64,000 nt of DNA from Octopus bimaculoides (taxonomy: Eukaryota): contig NC_069002.1 in assembly GCF_001194135.2 (NCBI RefSeq), positions 6,171,162 through 6,235,161 of the forward strand. Direction: 5' to 3'. Every line of letters begins with the position of its first letter. The first letter of the stretch is position 1. Positions 62,978 through 64,000 of this stretch are shown here, piece by piece. The notes under the pieces were generated by a model, which saw only the letters and a list, made by a program, of their open reading frames with translations, did not search any database and had not been told where the DNA came from. The position numbers and the translations under genes are program-made.

Positions 62978-63210
62978 CTCTCTCTCTCTCTCCCACTTTC
63001 TTCCCCCCTCTCTTTCTCCCTCTTTCCATCCATCTATTTTTCTATCTGTCTGTCTGTGTCTATCTAGCTAGCTAGCTTTCACTCTATCTATCTATCTATC
63101 TACCTACCTACCTGTCTACCTACCTATCTATCTGTCTATCTATCTATCTTTAACTCTATCCATCCATCCATCTATCCATCTATCTAGCTAGCTAGCTTTC
63201 ACTCTGTCTA
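62978..63210. repeat. Compound CT / tetranucleotide (TATC, TACC, CATC, CTAG) array
   Basis: Direct reading; tatctagctagctagctttcactct at 63061 and 63181. Many other (TA)n, (CA)n, (GA)n, (ATT)n and (CAT)n arrays occur throughout the window. Confidence 0.9.
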
Positions 63211-64000
63211 ATACTTTGAATCTCTAGGACTCTGGTTTATAATTTCACTTAACTACATGGCACACTGGAAAGCAACTAAAACAAAAAAAAAAAAACAAAT
63301 TCCTGGCACATCCATATGGAAAGTAAAAAGAATTATTGATGCATTTCGTACAGAAAATAAAGAATTACTAGCGCACTTTGCATGGAGCATAAAAAAATTA
63401 TTGGTACACTTTGCATAGCAGATTTCAAAGAAAAAAAACTGCTTTGAAAAAATACCATAACTTACCTCTTTTTATTAATCATTTTTGCATATAACAAAAT
63501 TATGAATAATACATTTTTCAAGTTACTCAGGTATTAATATTGATTTTTCTAAAACCTTAAATTATATTTCTCAAAAGTTCTACAGCACAAACAATACCAG
63601 TTGCAGTGCATTCTTTGAAAATCGTTGTCCCAGGAAGATGGATTGTAAAACAGGAAAAATAAAAGTCAAACCCTCATCTGCCACTCCTAAAAGTTCAGAC
63701 CCTCACCTACCACTCCTAAAGGTCATAATTAACAAATAATCAAGCCTTTGAGTGAAAAGGTAAAAACTCAAAGAGCAATCAACTAAAACAAGCTTTTAAA
63801 AATTATCTCATGATAGGTGTGAGCGTGGCTGTGTAACTAAAAAATTTGCTTCCCAACCACATGGTTCTAGGTTCACTCCCTGTGTGACACCTAGGTCAAG
63901 TGTCTTCTACTATAGCCTCAGGCTGACCAAAATCTTATGAGTGGATTAGGTAGCCAGAAACTGAGAGACGCCCATTGTATATGTTTGTGAGTTTTTTTTT

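Overview
AT-rich eukaryotic draft-assembly sequence with 13 N-gaps and very dense microsatellites. The repeat families look like those of an octopus/coleoid cephalopod (recognised from memory, not searched). No host protein-coding gene, rRNA, true tRNA or CRISPR array can be called with confidence. Most of the window is tRNA-headed SINEs (at least 5 families, labelled A-E and T here), a non-LTR 3'-end family with (ATG)n tails (F), decayed LINE fragments (RTE-like, R4/Dong-like), mariner/Tc1, piggyBac-like and hAT-like MITE pieces, a Helentron/HINE-like element and minisatellites. The most interesting signal is that four apparently unrelated repeats carry minimal type-I hammerhead-ribozyme architecture: 1037-1073 (-), 12202-12244 (-, at the 3' end of a tRNA-headed SINE), a 17923-17960 (+) / 25968-26004 (-) pair (U3-A8 core variant with a covarying stem I) and 26096-26157 (-). 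Each genomic copy has at least one defect, so activity is a hypothesis about the family consensus. There are also three non-SINE fold-back structures (8608-8715, 55034-55190, and a ~200-bp inverted repeat spanning 37768-38844 around an exon-like segment), a combinatorial SINE head x tail system, and several weak candidate exons.
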